Source: Parvularculaceae bacterium
Lineage (GTDB): Bacteria; Pseudomonadota; Alphaproteobacteria; Caulobacterales; Parvularculaceae
NCBI GenBank assembly: GCA_013389105.1
Contig: JACADZ010000029.1
Location: 5,924 to 69,923, forward strand
Length of the DNA: 64,000 bases
Direction: 5' to 3'
Each line of letters starts with the position of its first letter. Within the stretch, counting starts at the first letter, position 1. Shown here piece by piece: positions 56,226 through 64,000 of this stretch. The notes under the pieces were generated by a model. That model was not told where the DNA came from, searched no databases, and saw only the letters and a list, made by a program, of their open reading frames with translations. Both the position numbers and the translations under genes were made by a program.

Positions 56226-56555
56226 CTAGTCGATGTCGATGAAGCCGATCTTCGGGCCCGGCGCAGCGCCGCTGAGATCGATGGTCGCGTCGAGATATTT
56301 GGTCTGGCCTGCCGGCACCTGACGCACGACCGGATCGGCGGGAAGGCGCAACCAGTTCGATTTCGAATTGAAGCGAAAGTCGATCGGCTGGCCGCAGTTC
56401 GCGTTCTGCGCGCCGAGCTTCAGCGTGAAGATCTCACCGCTCCGGCGGGCGCCGAGGTCGACATCGCGGTAGCCAGGCGCCTGGGCGGCGGCGCTCCCGA
56501 ACGCCAGGAACACCAGCAGCGCGCAGATCACGCCCGTCTCAAGCCTCAACCGCAT
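56226..56555 (-). CDS. small secreted beta-rich protein; possibly the 5' part of a split gene
   Basis: Signal peptide MRLRLETGVICALLVFLAFGSAAAQA. 83-aa mature part with strand-like pattern, ending GFIDID*. Confidence 0.55.
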   Translation of the reverse strand: MRLRLETGVICALLVFLAFGSAAAQAPGYRDVDLGARRSGEIFTLKLGAQNANCGQPIDFRFNSKSNWLRLPADPVVRQVPAGQTKYLDATIDLSGAAPGPKIGFIDID

Positions 56556-56732
56556 ATTGCCCTCCCAGCGAAGCGTATGCAGGTTACGGTCGGCCGCTCG
56601 ACACTTTAGGCGCCCGGGGCGGCAGGGCTGTCAACAAATTCCATTGTTGCGGCGCGAAGGCGCAAGGAGCGGGTGGACCTCCGGGCCGCGGCGGCCGAGG
56701 CTTCCGTTGAGATCAAGGAGATTCCCATCGCC

Positions 56733-57557
56733 ATGGCGACCCAGGACAAGACTGACGCCTTCCGCAAGCTGCATATGAAAGGCGCGCCCTTCGTCATGCC
56801 GAACCCGTGGGATGCGGGCTCGGCGCGGATCCTCGCCGGACTGGGCTTCAAGGCGCTCGCGACCTCGAGTTCGGCCTCGGCGCTCACCCTCGGGCGCGTC
56901 GACTACGGCGTTACCCGCGAGGAGGCGCTCGCCCATTGCCGCCTCGTCGCAGGCGCCGTCGAGATTCCGGTCTCCGCCGACCTCGAGAACGGATTCGGTC
57001 CGTCTCCGGACGATTGCGCGCTCACCATTCGCGAGGCCGGCAAGACCGGGCTGTGCGGCGGGTCGATCGAGGATTCGACCGGCGACCGGGACGCGCCCAT
57101 CTGCGACCTCGCGCTCGCGGTCGAGCGCGTGGTCGCCGCCGTCGAAGCCGCGCGCGCCGCGCCAGGGGGGTTCGTCCTGACCGCGCGGGCGGAAGCTTTC
57201 CTGCACGGGCGGGGCAACCTCAAGGAGGTGATCGCGCGTCTTCAGGCCTTCGACGACGCCGGCGCCGACGTCCTGTTCGCGCCCGGCCTCCCTGACCTCG
57301 ACGCAGTGCGCGCCGTTACATCGTCCGTATCGAAACCGGTCAACGTCCTCATCATGGGCGGCCTCGCCGATGCTTCGCTCGAGGGCCTAGCGAAGGCGGG
57401 AGTCGCGCGCGTCAGCCTCGGCTCTGCGCCGGCCTACGCAGCCTACGGCGCGCTCGTCGAGATGGGCGCCGCCGTTGTGCGCGACGGCGATTTCAAAAGC
57501 GTTTCCGCCCATGGCGAGGGCGCTAAGCGCATCAGGGGATGGCTCGCGCGGCGCTGA
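56733..57557 (+). CDS. isocitrate lyase/PEP mutase-family protein (2-methylisocitrate lyase-like)
   Basis: ATG at 56733: MATQDKTDAFRKLHMKGAPFVMPNPWDAGSARILAGLGFKALATSS..., IEDS, ARAEAF motifs. Confidence 0.8.
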   Translation: MATQDKTDAFRKLHMKGAPFVMPNPWDAGSARILAGLGFKALATSSSASALTLGRVDYGVTREEALAHCRLVAGAVEIPVSADLENGFGPSPDDCALTIREAGKTGLCGGSIEDSTGDRDAPICDLALAVERVVAAVEAARAAPGGFVLTARAEAFLHGRGNLKEVIARLQAFDDAGADVLFAPGLPDLDAVRAVTSSVSKPVNVLIMGGLADASLEGLAKAGVARVSLGSAPAYAAYGALVEMGAAVVRDGDFKSVSAHGEGAKRIRGWLARR

Positions 57558-57573
57558 CGGCGGCGCACGCGCG

Positions 57574-58257
57574 TCACAGAACCGTCAGTATGTCCTTGAG
57601 CGCCTTCTTCTTCAGCGCGTGGAGAGGCACCTCGGCGTTTGCGGCGGGCTTGCCGGCGACGACGATCATGTAAGGCTTCTCATTGGCCGGGCGGCCGAGT
57701 TCTTCGTTGAGAAAGCCCATCGGGTTCGGCGTGTGCGTCAGCGCGGCAAGGCCTGCGTCGTGCAGCGCGAGAAGCAGAAAACCGACAGCGATGCCGACGC
57801 TTTCGTTGACATAGTAGTTCTTCCGGTCGTCGCCGGGTTCAGGACCGCCGCGCCGCTGAGCGAAGACGGCGATGAGATAGGGCGCGGCAGTCATATAGGA
57901 CTTGACCGCGTCGGTCCCCAGGGGCGCTAGCGCTTCGAGCCATTCGGGCGACGCCTTGCCGGCGTAAAACGCCGCCTCCTCGGCTTCGGCCGCCGCCCGC
58001 AATCGAGCCTTGATCCTTGGGTCCGCGACGAGAACGAAATGCCAGGGCTGGTGATTGGCGCCTGAAGGGGCGAGGCCCGCCGCCGCAATGCAGTTCTCGA
58101 TCACTTCGCGCGCGACCGGTTCGGACGAAAACTGCCGCACCGTATGGCGGCGCCGCGCGGCTTCGAGAAAGGCTCGGCTGCGCGCCAGCATCTCCGCCGG
58201 CGGATGCTCCGTATAATGACCAAGCGAAGCGAGAGGGACGAACGCGGCGGCCGTCAC
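57574..58257 (-). CDS. nitroreductase-family flavoprotein
   Basis: RRHTVRQFS...[15 protein letters not shown]; 227 aa. Start overlaps the stop of the upstream gene by 4 nt. Confidence 0.85.
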   Translation of the reverse strand: MTAAAFVPLASLGHYTEHPPAEMLARSRAFLEAARRRHTVRQFSSEPVAREVIENCIAAAGLAPSGANHQPWHFVLVADPRIKARLRAAAEAEEAAFYAGKASPEWLEALAPLGTDAVKSYMTAAPYLIAVFAQRRGGPEPGDDRKNYYVNESVGIAVGFLLLALHDAGLAALTHTPNPMGFLNEELGRPANEKPYMIVVAGKPAANAEVPLHALKKKALKDILTVL

Positions 58258-58772
58258 GGGAAGAGATCGCCGCGATTCGCCGTCGGCAAATAGGCTCGTA
58301 CGGGCTGCGGCGATCGCGACCCGTCCTTGCCGACATAGACGACTTCGACGCTGAGCTTTTCCGGGTCGAACCTCGACCGCGATTCCACCGCGGCGACAAT
58401 CGCGTGACCCTTCACGGCTTCGCTGGCGATGAGAACGCCGTCCTCCATCTTCGCGGTCCCCGTCGTATGGAAGCCCGCCGTGGTGAAGTAGTGGAAGACA
58501 TACTCCTTCGCGCCCTCGTCATAGAAAATGATGCTGCGCCCGCCATAGGTCGAGCCCTCGATCCGATGGGTCGACTGCAGGGCGCGACCGCCGAGGATCA
58601 GCTCATAGGACGCGACGTCGATGGTCTTCTTGCCGGACTCGTCGGTCCACTCGGCGCGATAGGTCCTGCCGTCGAGCGGGGCGAAGGCCGCCATCGGCGC
58701 ATATGCCTCGCCGGCGAGGGCCGACGAGAGGACGGACAGGGCCGCGCCGGCCGCGGCGACAGTTCTTTTCAT
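58254..58772 (-). CDS. hypothetical secreted protein
   Basis: Signal peptide [25 protein letters not shown]; beta-rich 150-aa mature part; translationally coupled to the nitroreductase gene. Confidence 0.55.
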   Translation of the reverse strand: MKRTVAAAGAALSVLSSALAGEAYAPMAAFAPLDGRTYRAEWTDESGKKTIDVASYELILGGRALQSTHRIEGSTYGGRSIIFYDEGAKEYVFHYFTTAGFHTTGTAKMEDGVLIASEAVKGHAIVAAVESRSRFDPEKLSVEVVYVGKDGSRSPQPVRAYLPTANRGDLFP

Positions 58773-58845
58773 GATGGATTTCTCCGTTGACGGTCTATTG
58801 AAGCATTTTCGGCGCGCCGACGAAAGCGGTTGCTCGACGAAGAGG

Positions 58846-60699
58846 TCAGCGCCGCCCGAACAGCTTTTCGATGTCGGCGAGTTTCAGTTCGACATAGGTC
58901 GGGCGGCCGTGATTGCACTGGCCGGAATGCGGCGTTTCCTCCATCTGCCGGAGCAGCGCATTCATCTCCTCGGCGTTAAGGCGACGCCCCGCGCGGACCG
59001 ATCCGCGGCAGGCCATGGACGAGCACACCGCCTCAAGGCGCTCCTTCAAGGCGAGGCCCTGGCCGAACTCGGCGAGATCGTCGGCGAGCCGGCGCACCAG
59101 CGCCGCCGCGTCCGGGTTGCCGAGCAGCGCCGGAACCTCGCGGACGAGGACAGCATCCTCGCCGAAGCGCTCGATCACGAGGCCGAGTTCGGCGAACTCC
59201 TCCGCGCGCGCCTCGATGCGCGCGGCCGCGCCGGGGTCGAGATCGACGATCTCGGGGATCAGCATGGCCTGGCGGGCGACGGCGCCGCCTTCGAGCTCGC
59301 GTTTCATGCGCTCGTAGACGAGGCGCTCATGCGCCGCATGCTGATCGACGATGACCATGCCATCCTCGGTCTGCGCGACGATATAGGTCTCGTGCAGCTG
59401 CGCGCGGGCGACGCCCAAGGGGAAGCGCTCGGGCGCGTCTTCCGCCGGAAGGTCCCGCGCGGAAGGCGCCGCCACGTCGTAACCACGGCCGCGGTCCTCA
59501 AGGCCGCCCCCGGGCTCGCGCGCCCTGCGGAACGGATTTTCCGGCGCGAGATAAGGCGCAGACGGACGAAACGGCGCGACCCCAGGGCCCGATTGCGCCG
59601 TCATGCGGCCCAGCGCGAACGCCGACGGCGACGTCGCGGCGCGATGACCGGCGGAGGCGAGCGCCTGGCGGAGCGCGCCAACGATGAGGCCTCGGACGAG
59701 CGCCTGGTCGCGGAAACGTACTTCGGTCTTGGACGGGTGCACGTTGACGTCGACGATCTCGGGCGGAACGTCGAGGAAAAGCGCGAGGACGGGATGGCGG
59801 TCGCGCGCCAGAAAGTCCCCATAAGCCCCCCTGACGGCGCCGACAAGCAACCTGTCTCGAACCGGCCGCCCGTTTACGAACAGATATTGCCGGTCGGCGA
59901 GGCCTCGATTGAAGGTCGGCAGCCCGGCGAAACCGCGCAGCGCAAGGCCCTCGCGGCGCGCGTCGAGCGGCAGCGCGTTGTCAGCGAAATCGCGGCCCAT
60001 GACGGCGGAAAGGCGCTTCAGCCGCCCCGCCTCGCCGCCCCCTTCCGCGGGCAGAGTCAGGAGGCGCCGGCCGTCGGAAGCAAGCGAGAAGGCGACGGCG
60101 GGGAAGGCCATGGCGAGACGCTTCACAACTTCGGCGACAGCCTCGGCTTCGAAGCGCTCGGACTTGAGGAACTTCAGCCGGGCGGGCGTTGCATAGAAAA
60201 GATCGCGCGCCTCGACCCGCGTTCCGCAGCCCGAGAACGCGGCCGGCGACGGGCCCTCGAGGGCTCCGCCGTGTACGGATAGCCTGAACGCATCGGCGGC
60301 GCCCCGCGCGCGACTGACGATATCAAGTCGCGCGACGGCGCCGATCGAGGGCAGCGCCTCGCCGCGAAAACCGAGCGTAGAGATGCAGTCGAGATCGACG
60401 CGGCCCTCGGCATCCGGCGCGAGCTTGGAGGTCGCGTGGCGTTCGACCGCGACAAGGAGATCGTCAGACCCCATGCCGCAGCCGTCATCGGCGACGACGA
60501 CGCTCTCCTTGCCGCCGCCCTCGATGCTGACGTCGATTCGCGAGGCCCCGGCGTCGAGGCTGTTCTCGACCAGCTCCTTGACGGCCGCAGCGGGGCGCTC
60601 GACCACCTCGCCGGCGGCGATGCGGTTGACGGCGTCAGGCGGCAGGCGACGGATGACGGGCCGCGCGTCGTCGGACATTTCAGGGAGGCGATTCGCCAT
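58846..60699 (-). CDS. mutL: DNA mismatch repair protein MutL
   Basis: [51 protein letters not shown]-terminal dimerisation domain; 617 aa. Confidence 0.95.
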   Translation of the reverse strand: MANRLPEMSDDARPVIRRLPPDAVNRIAAGEVVERPAAAVKELVENSLDAGASRIDVSIEGGGKESVVVADDGCGMGSDDLLVAVERHATSKLAPDAEGRVDLDCISTLGFRGEALPSIGAVARLDIVSRARGAADAFRLSVHGGALEGPSPAAFSGCGTRVEARDLFYATPARLKFLKSERFEAEAVAEVVKRLAMAFPAVAFSLASDGRRLLTLPAEGGGEAGRLKRLSAVMGRDFADNALPLDARREGLALRGFAGLPTFNRGLADRQYLFVNGRPVRDRLLVGAVRGAYGDFLARDRHPVLALFLDVPPEIVDVNVHPSKTEVRFRDQALVRGLIVGALRQALASAGHRAATSPSAFALGRMTAQSGPGVAPFRPSAPYLAPENPFRRAREPGGGLEDRGRGYDVAAPSARDLPAEDAPERFPLGVARAQLHETYIVAQTEDGMVIVDQHAAHERLVYERMKRELEGGAVARQAMLIPEIVDLDPGAAARIEARAEEFAELGLVIERFGEDAVLVREVPALLGNPDAAALVRRLADDLAEFGQGLALKERLEAVCSSMACRGSVRAGRRLNAEEMNALLRQMEETPHSGQCNHGRPTYVELKLADIEKLFGRR

Positions 60700-60740
60700 G
60701 GCCCATTATGGGCGGCGGGCGGGCGCCGGAAAACCGCCGA

Positions 60741-61298
60741 CTAGAAGATTCCCGGAAGCTTCAGCGTCTCGTCATCGCGCTTGATGACGACCTGCGCGTT
60801 CTCGCCGATGACCGCCTTGATGGCGGCTTCGCGCTGCGCCATCCATTCCTCGGGATTCTCGACGCGCAGCGGAGCCGCCGAATCGTCGACCTTCCCGCCG
60901 ACGAATTTCCAGAACAGCAGCTGATTGGCGAGGCTTCTGTCCTTCTCGGCCCGGTCTCCGTTTTCGGCGTCGAGTATGGCGCGAATGTTCGGATCGGCGG
61001 TAAGCGCGTTGGCCTTCTTGAGGATTTGCTGCTCGCCCGGGGGCGGCGCGGCGCCCGAGGCGTCGCCCATCAGCACCTGGCGCGCGCGCGCGGAGGCCGA
61101 GATTTCGTCAGGGCGCGACTCGCCCGGTTTCGGGGGCCGCAGGGCATAGTCCGGCGGCACCACCAGCGGGGCCTTGGTCGTGATCGCGAATTCGTCTGGC
61201 GGGTTCTTGCCGCCGCCGACCGCCTTCGTAAAGCCGGCGCAGCCGGAGAGGCTCGCGAGGACGAGAAGCGCCGCGCCGGCGCGGACCAAGACCATCAT
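60741..61298 (-). CDS. lipoprotein (DUF3035-like)
   Basis: ATG at 61298: MMVLVRAGAALLVLASLSGC lipobox. Sits between lspA and mutL. Confidence 0.6.
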   Translation of the reverse strand: MMVLVRAGAALLVLASLSGCAGFTKAVGGGKNPPDEFAITTKAPLVVPPDYALRPPKPGESRPDEISASARARQVLMGDASGAAPPPGEQQILKKANALTADPNIRAILDAENGDRAEKDRSLANQLLFWKFVGGKVDDSAAPLRVENPEEWMAQREAAIKAVIGENAQVVIKRDDETLKLPGIF

Positions 61299-61380
61299 GT
61301 GACACGACCTTTTCGAACGACGAACCGCTTTATAGGCGGCGCGAGGCGGGGCCCGCAACCGGCAAGCTGGCGACAGGACC

Positions 61381-62016
61381 TCACGGCTTTCCGGCTGCCG
61401 GCTTGCCGCCGGCCGCTTCATTCCGCCTCCGCCTCAGCCAATCGATGACGAGAAGCGCGATGCCGATGTTGATGGCGGCGTCGGCGATGTTGAAGACCCA
61501 GATGAAGCCGCCATTGGTCACCGTGAAGAACGGGAAGCCGTCGCGCGGCGTCAGGTGCGGAAAGGGAAAGCCCGAGAAGTTGAGGAAATCGACGACATAG
61601 CCAAAGCGCAGGCGGTCGATGAGGTTGCCGACCGCCCCGCCCATGATGAGGGCGACGCCGGCGACTGAAAGTTTGCGGGTCGCGCTCGGCAGCCAGTGAA
61701 TGAGCGCGGCGGTGACGGCGAGAGCCACCAGAGACAAAATCACGGCTGCGAGAGGCGATCCGCTCAGCAAGCCGAAACTTGCCCCGTAATTGCGCACGAA
61801 GGTAAGGTCGTAGACCTCCGTCATTTCGAGATGCCCGTTCGGGAGCTCGGGCAGCTTCAGGTCGTTGAGTATCCAGAATTTCGTCGCCTGATCGAGCAGC
61901 GCGACCAGGACCGCGCTGACGATCCCGATGACGAAGAACTTGCTCGCCCGCGCCCGCGCGGCCCAGGCTTGAGCTTTCTTCAGATAGTTGGCGACGGGAG
62001 AGTTCATGCCGGACAT
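61381..62016 (-). CDS. lspA: lipoprotein signal peptidase (signal peptidase II)
   Basis: LDQATKFW, FVRNYGASFG, GAVGNLIDR, FNIAD catalytic Asp motifs. Directly downstream of ileS. Confidence 0.9.
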   Translation of the reverse strand: MSGMNSPVANYLKKAQAWAARARASKFFVIGIVSAVLVALLDQATKFWILNDLKLPELPNGHLEMTEVYDLTFVRNYGASFGLLSGSPLAAVILSLVALAVTAALIHWLPSATRKLSVAGVALIMGGAVGNLIDRLRFGYVVDFLNFSGFPFPHLTPRDGFPFFTVTNGGFIWVFNIADAAINIGIALLVIDWLRRRRNEAAGGKPAAGKP

Positions 62017-62086
62017 GCGGGTTTCTCTCCCCGCTTTACGCGCCGCGCATGGGGGGGAAGCCTCGCGTCAATCCGAGACATCCCGA

Positions 62087-64000
62087 TCATGCCGCCTCCC
62101 CGCGCGCGACGACGGCGTCAGCGCATCGCCCGCATAGAGACGGGTGCGCCGTGGTCGCGCCGACATCCTCGACGTGCCGCCAGCAGCGCTCGCACTTCTG
62201 CGCCAGCGAGAGCTTCGCCTCGACAGCGACGCCGGCGACGTCTGGCAGCCGGAAGGCGGAAGCCGGCCCCTCCCCGCGTTTGAGAGCGACGGCGGCCGTG
62301 ATGAAGAGGTCGGCGAGGTCCGCGCCGCGGCAAAGCTCCAATACCGCGGGGTCGGCGAGGTGGAGGACAGGCGCCGCCTCAAGGCTAGCGCCGATACGCT
62401 TGTCGCGCCGCTCGATCTCGATGGCGCCGGTGACGACGCGGCGGATGTCGCGCAGCCTCGCCCAGTCGGCGGCGAGCGTCCCGTCGCGCCATTCGGCCGG
62501 GGTCTGCGGGAACTGCTGGAGGTGAACCGATCCGTCTGCGGACGGATAGCGCGATAGCCAGGCTTCCTCCATAGTGAAGACGCAGACGGGCGCGAGCCAG
62601 ATCGCGATTCGATCAAAGGCGGCGGCCATGACGGTTCGCGCAGCGCGGCGCTTTACAGAGTCCGACCGGTCGCAATAGAGGCTGTCCTTGCGGATATCGA
62701 GATAGAAGGCCGAGAGATCAGCCGCGCAGAACTCCATCACCGCGCGCCACGCCGCCTTGAAGTCGAAGCGACTGTAAGCCGCGCGCACCTCGACGTCGAG
62801 CTCGGCGAGGCGGTGGAGCATGTAGCGCTCGAGCGCCTGCATGTCCTTGTACGGAACTTCTTCCAGCGGAGAATAGCCCGCGAGAGCGCCGAGCAGGTAG
62901 CGCACGGTGTTGCGCAGCTTGCGGTAGCCGTCGACAGCGGTCGAAATGATCTCCTTCGAGATGCGCGGATCCTCGGTGTAATCGAGGCTGGCGATCCAGA
63001 TGCGCAATATCTCCGCGCCATAGTCGCGAATGATCTCCTCGGGCGCAATGGTGTTGCCCAGAGACTTCGACATTTTGCGCCCCTCGGCGTCGACGACGAA
63101 GCCGTTGGTGACGAGATGTCGGTACGGCGCGCGTTTTCTCGTGCCGCAGCTTTCAAGAAGCGAGGACTGGAACCAGCCGCGATGCTGGTCCGAGCCCTCA
63201 CAATAAACATCGGCGGGCCACGAGAGGTCGGCCCGGCCTTCGAGCACGAAGGCGTGGGTCGAGCCTGAATCGAACCAGACGTCGAGAATGTCCTCGACCT
63301 TTTCATAGTCGGCTGGGTCGTATTCGGCCCCGAGAAACTCGGTGGACGGACGATCGAACCAGGCGCCGGCGCCGCTTTCGCGGATGGCGGCGAGAATGCG
63401 CGCGTTGACGCCGTCGTCCTGAAGGATTTCGCCGGTCTCCTTGTTCACGAAGATGGTGATGGGCACGCCCCAGGCGCGCTGGCGCGAGATGAGCCAGTCG
63501 GGGCGGGTTTCGACCATGGAGCGCAGGCGGTTCCTGCCCGTCGGCGGCGTGAACTCGGTCGCGTCGATGGCGTCGAGCGCGTATTCGCGCAAGGTCTTGC
63601 CGCCATCGATCGGCTGGTCGAGGCGGATGAACCATTGCGGCGTCGCACGGAAGATGACCGGCGCGCGCGACCGCCAGGAATGCGGATAAGAGTGCGTGAG
63701 CTTGCCGCGCGCCAGCAGCGCGCCGCGCTCAATGAGGGCGTCGATGACGGCCTTGTTCGCGTCGCCGTCCTTGCCGGCGTTCTTGCCTTCGGCGACGAGA
63801 ACCCTCCTGCCCTCGAACCCCGGAGCCTCCTTGGTGAAGGCGCCGAACTCATCGACAGTATAGGGAATGGGCTTGGCTTCGAGCCTTTCGAGCGCGTCGC
63901 GCCATGGCTTGCCTTGCGGCGACATCCACGCTTCGAAGTCGTCCTGACCGTGCCCGGGAGCCGTATGCACGAAGCCGGAGCCGTCCTCGTCCGTCACATG
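62087..64000 (-). CDS. ileS: isoleucine--tRNA ligase, C-terminal ~two-thirds; 5' end lies beyond the right edge
   Basis: KMSKSLGN class I signature, anticodon-binding domain, C-terminal Zn-finger CxxC...CxRC. The frame is open to the window edge; the track start at 63997 is an artefact. Confidence 0.95.
   Translation of the reverse strand, partial: HVTDEDGSGFVHTAPGHGQDDFEAWMSPQGKPWRDALERLEAKPIPYTVDEFGAFTKEAPGFEGRRVLVAEGKNAGKDGDANKAVIDALIERGALLARGKLTHSYPHSWRSRAPVIFRATPQWFIRLDQPIDGGKTLREYALDAIDATEFTPPTGRNRLRSMVETRPDWLISRQRAWGVPITIFVNKETGEILQDDGVNARILAAIRESGAGAWFDRPSTEFLGAEYDPADYEKVEDILDVWFDSGSTHAFVLEGRADLSWPADVYCEGSDQHRGWFQSSLLESCGTRKRAPYRHLVTNGFVVDAEGRKMSKSLGNTIAPEEIIRDYGAEILRIWIASLDYTEDPRISKEIISTAVDGYRKLRNTVRYLLGALAGYSPLEEVPYKDMQALERYMLHRLAELDVEVRAAYSRFDFKAAWRAVMEFCAADLSAFYLDIRKDSLYCDRSDSVKRRAARTVMAAAFDRIAIWLAPVCVFTMEEAWLSRYPSADGSVHLQQFPQTPAEWRDGTLAADWARLRDIRRVVTGAIEIERRDKRIGASLEAAPVLHLADPAVLELCRGADLADLFITAAVALKRGEGPASAFRLPDVAGVAVEAKLSLAQKCERCWRHVEDVGATTAHPSLCGRCADAVVARGEAA

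Noticed and set aside
58771-60282. 503-aa plus-strand ORF
   Set aside because: Antisense to mutL. Arg-rich.

Overview
GC-rich (by eye about two-thirds G+C, not computed) chromosomal segment of an alphaproteobacterium. The housekeeping synteny looks Hyphomicrobiales/Rhizobiales-like: rph | hrcA-grpE, hemH, pckA, ffh-rpsP, tRNA-His, gshA, rsmE/ubiA, rluD-rpoH, mutL-lspA-ileS. About 65 genes can be supported. Many very long ORFs in the track are Arg/Ala-rich antisense or off-frame shadows of real genes, as expected at this GC content, and I rejected them. Several track ORFs also needed shorter starts, which I chose from signal peptides, Shine-Dalgarno motifs and neighbouring gene ends.

Accessory or unusual content:
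1. 2.9-8.1 kb: an envelope-signalling cluster with two ECF sigma factors, one orphan anti-sigma-like gene, an S8 lipoprotein protease and an alginate-export-like beta-barrel.
2. 8.2-8.9 kb: a ~0.9 kb low-GC islet that looks like a decayed foreign gene.
3. 12991-14233: one IS3-family element whose transposase carries an in-frame internal deletion.
4. 24.5-33.8 kb: a tightly coupled nine-gene exosortase/EpsI polysaccharide operon. It contains a degenerate (P-loop-less) BY-kinase homologue, a parvulin-signature-less SurA-like protein, a GT2 gene with an amber codon at codon 3, and an AlgD-like GDP-mannose dehydrogenase.
5. Three predicted exosortase substrates scattered over 42 kb. They carry two different C-terminal sorting-signal flavours: two VPLPA-like and one PEPxxWA-like.
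6. 54.8-56.6 kb: a secreted-domain ORF plus a coiled-coil ORF that look like one gene split by a 1-nt frame change.

The exosortase system with its mixed sorting signals and degenerate components is the most system-like and least textbook part of the window.

All functional calls rest on motif and family recognition by eye. No BLAST, HMM or structure searches were possible.
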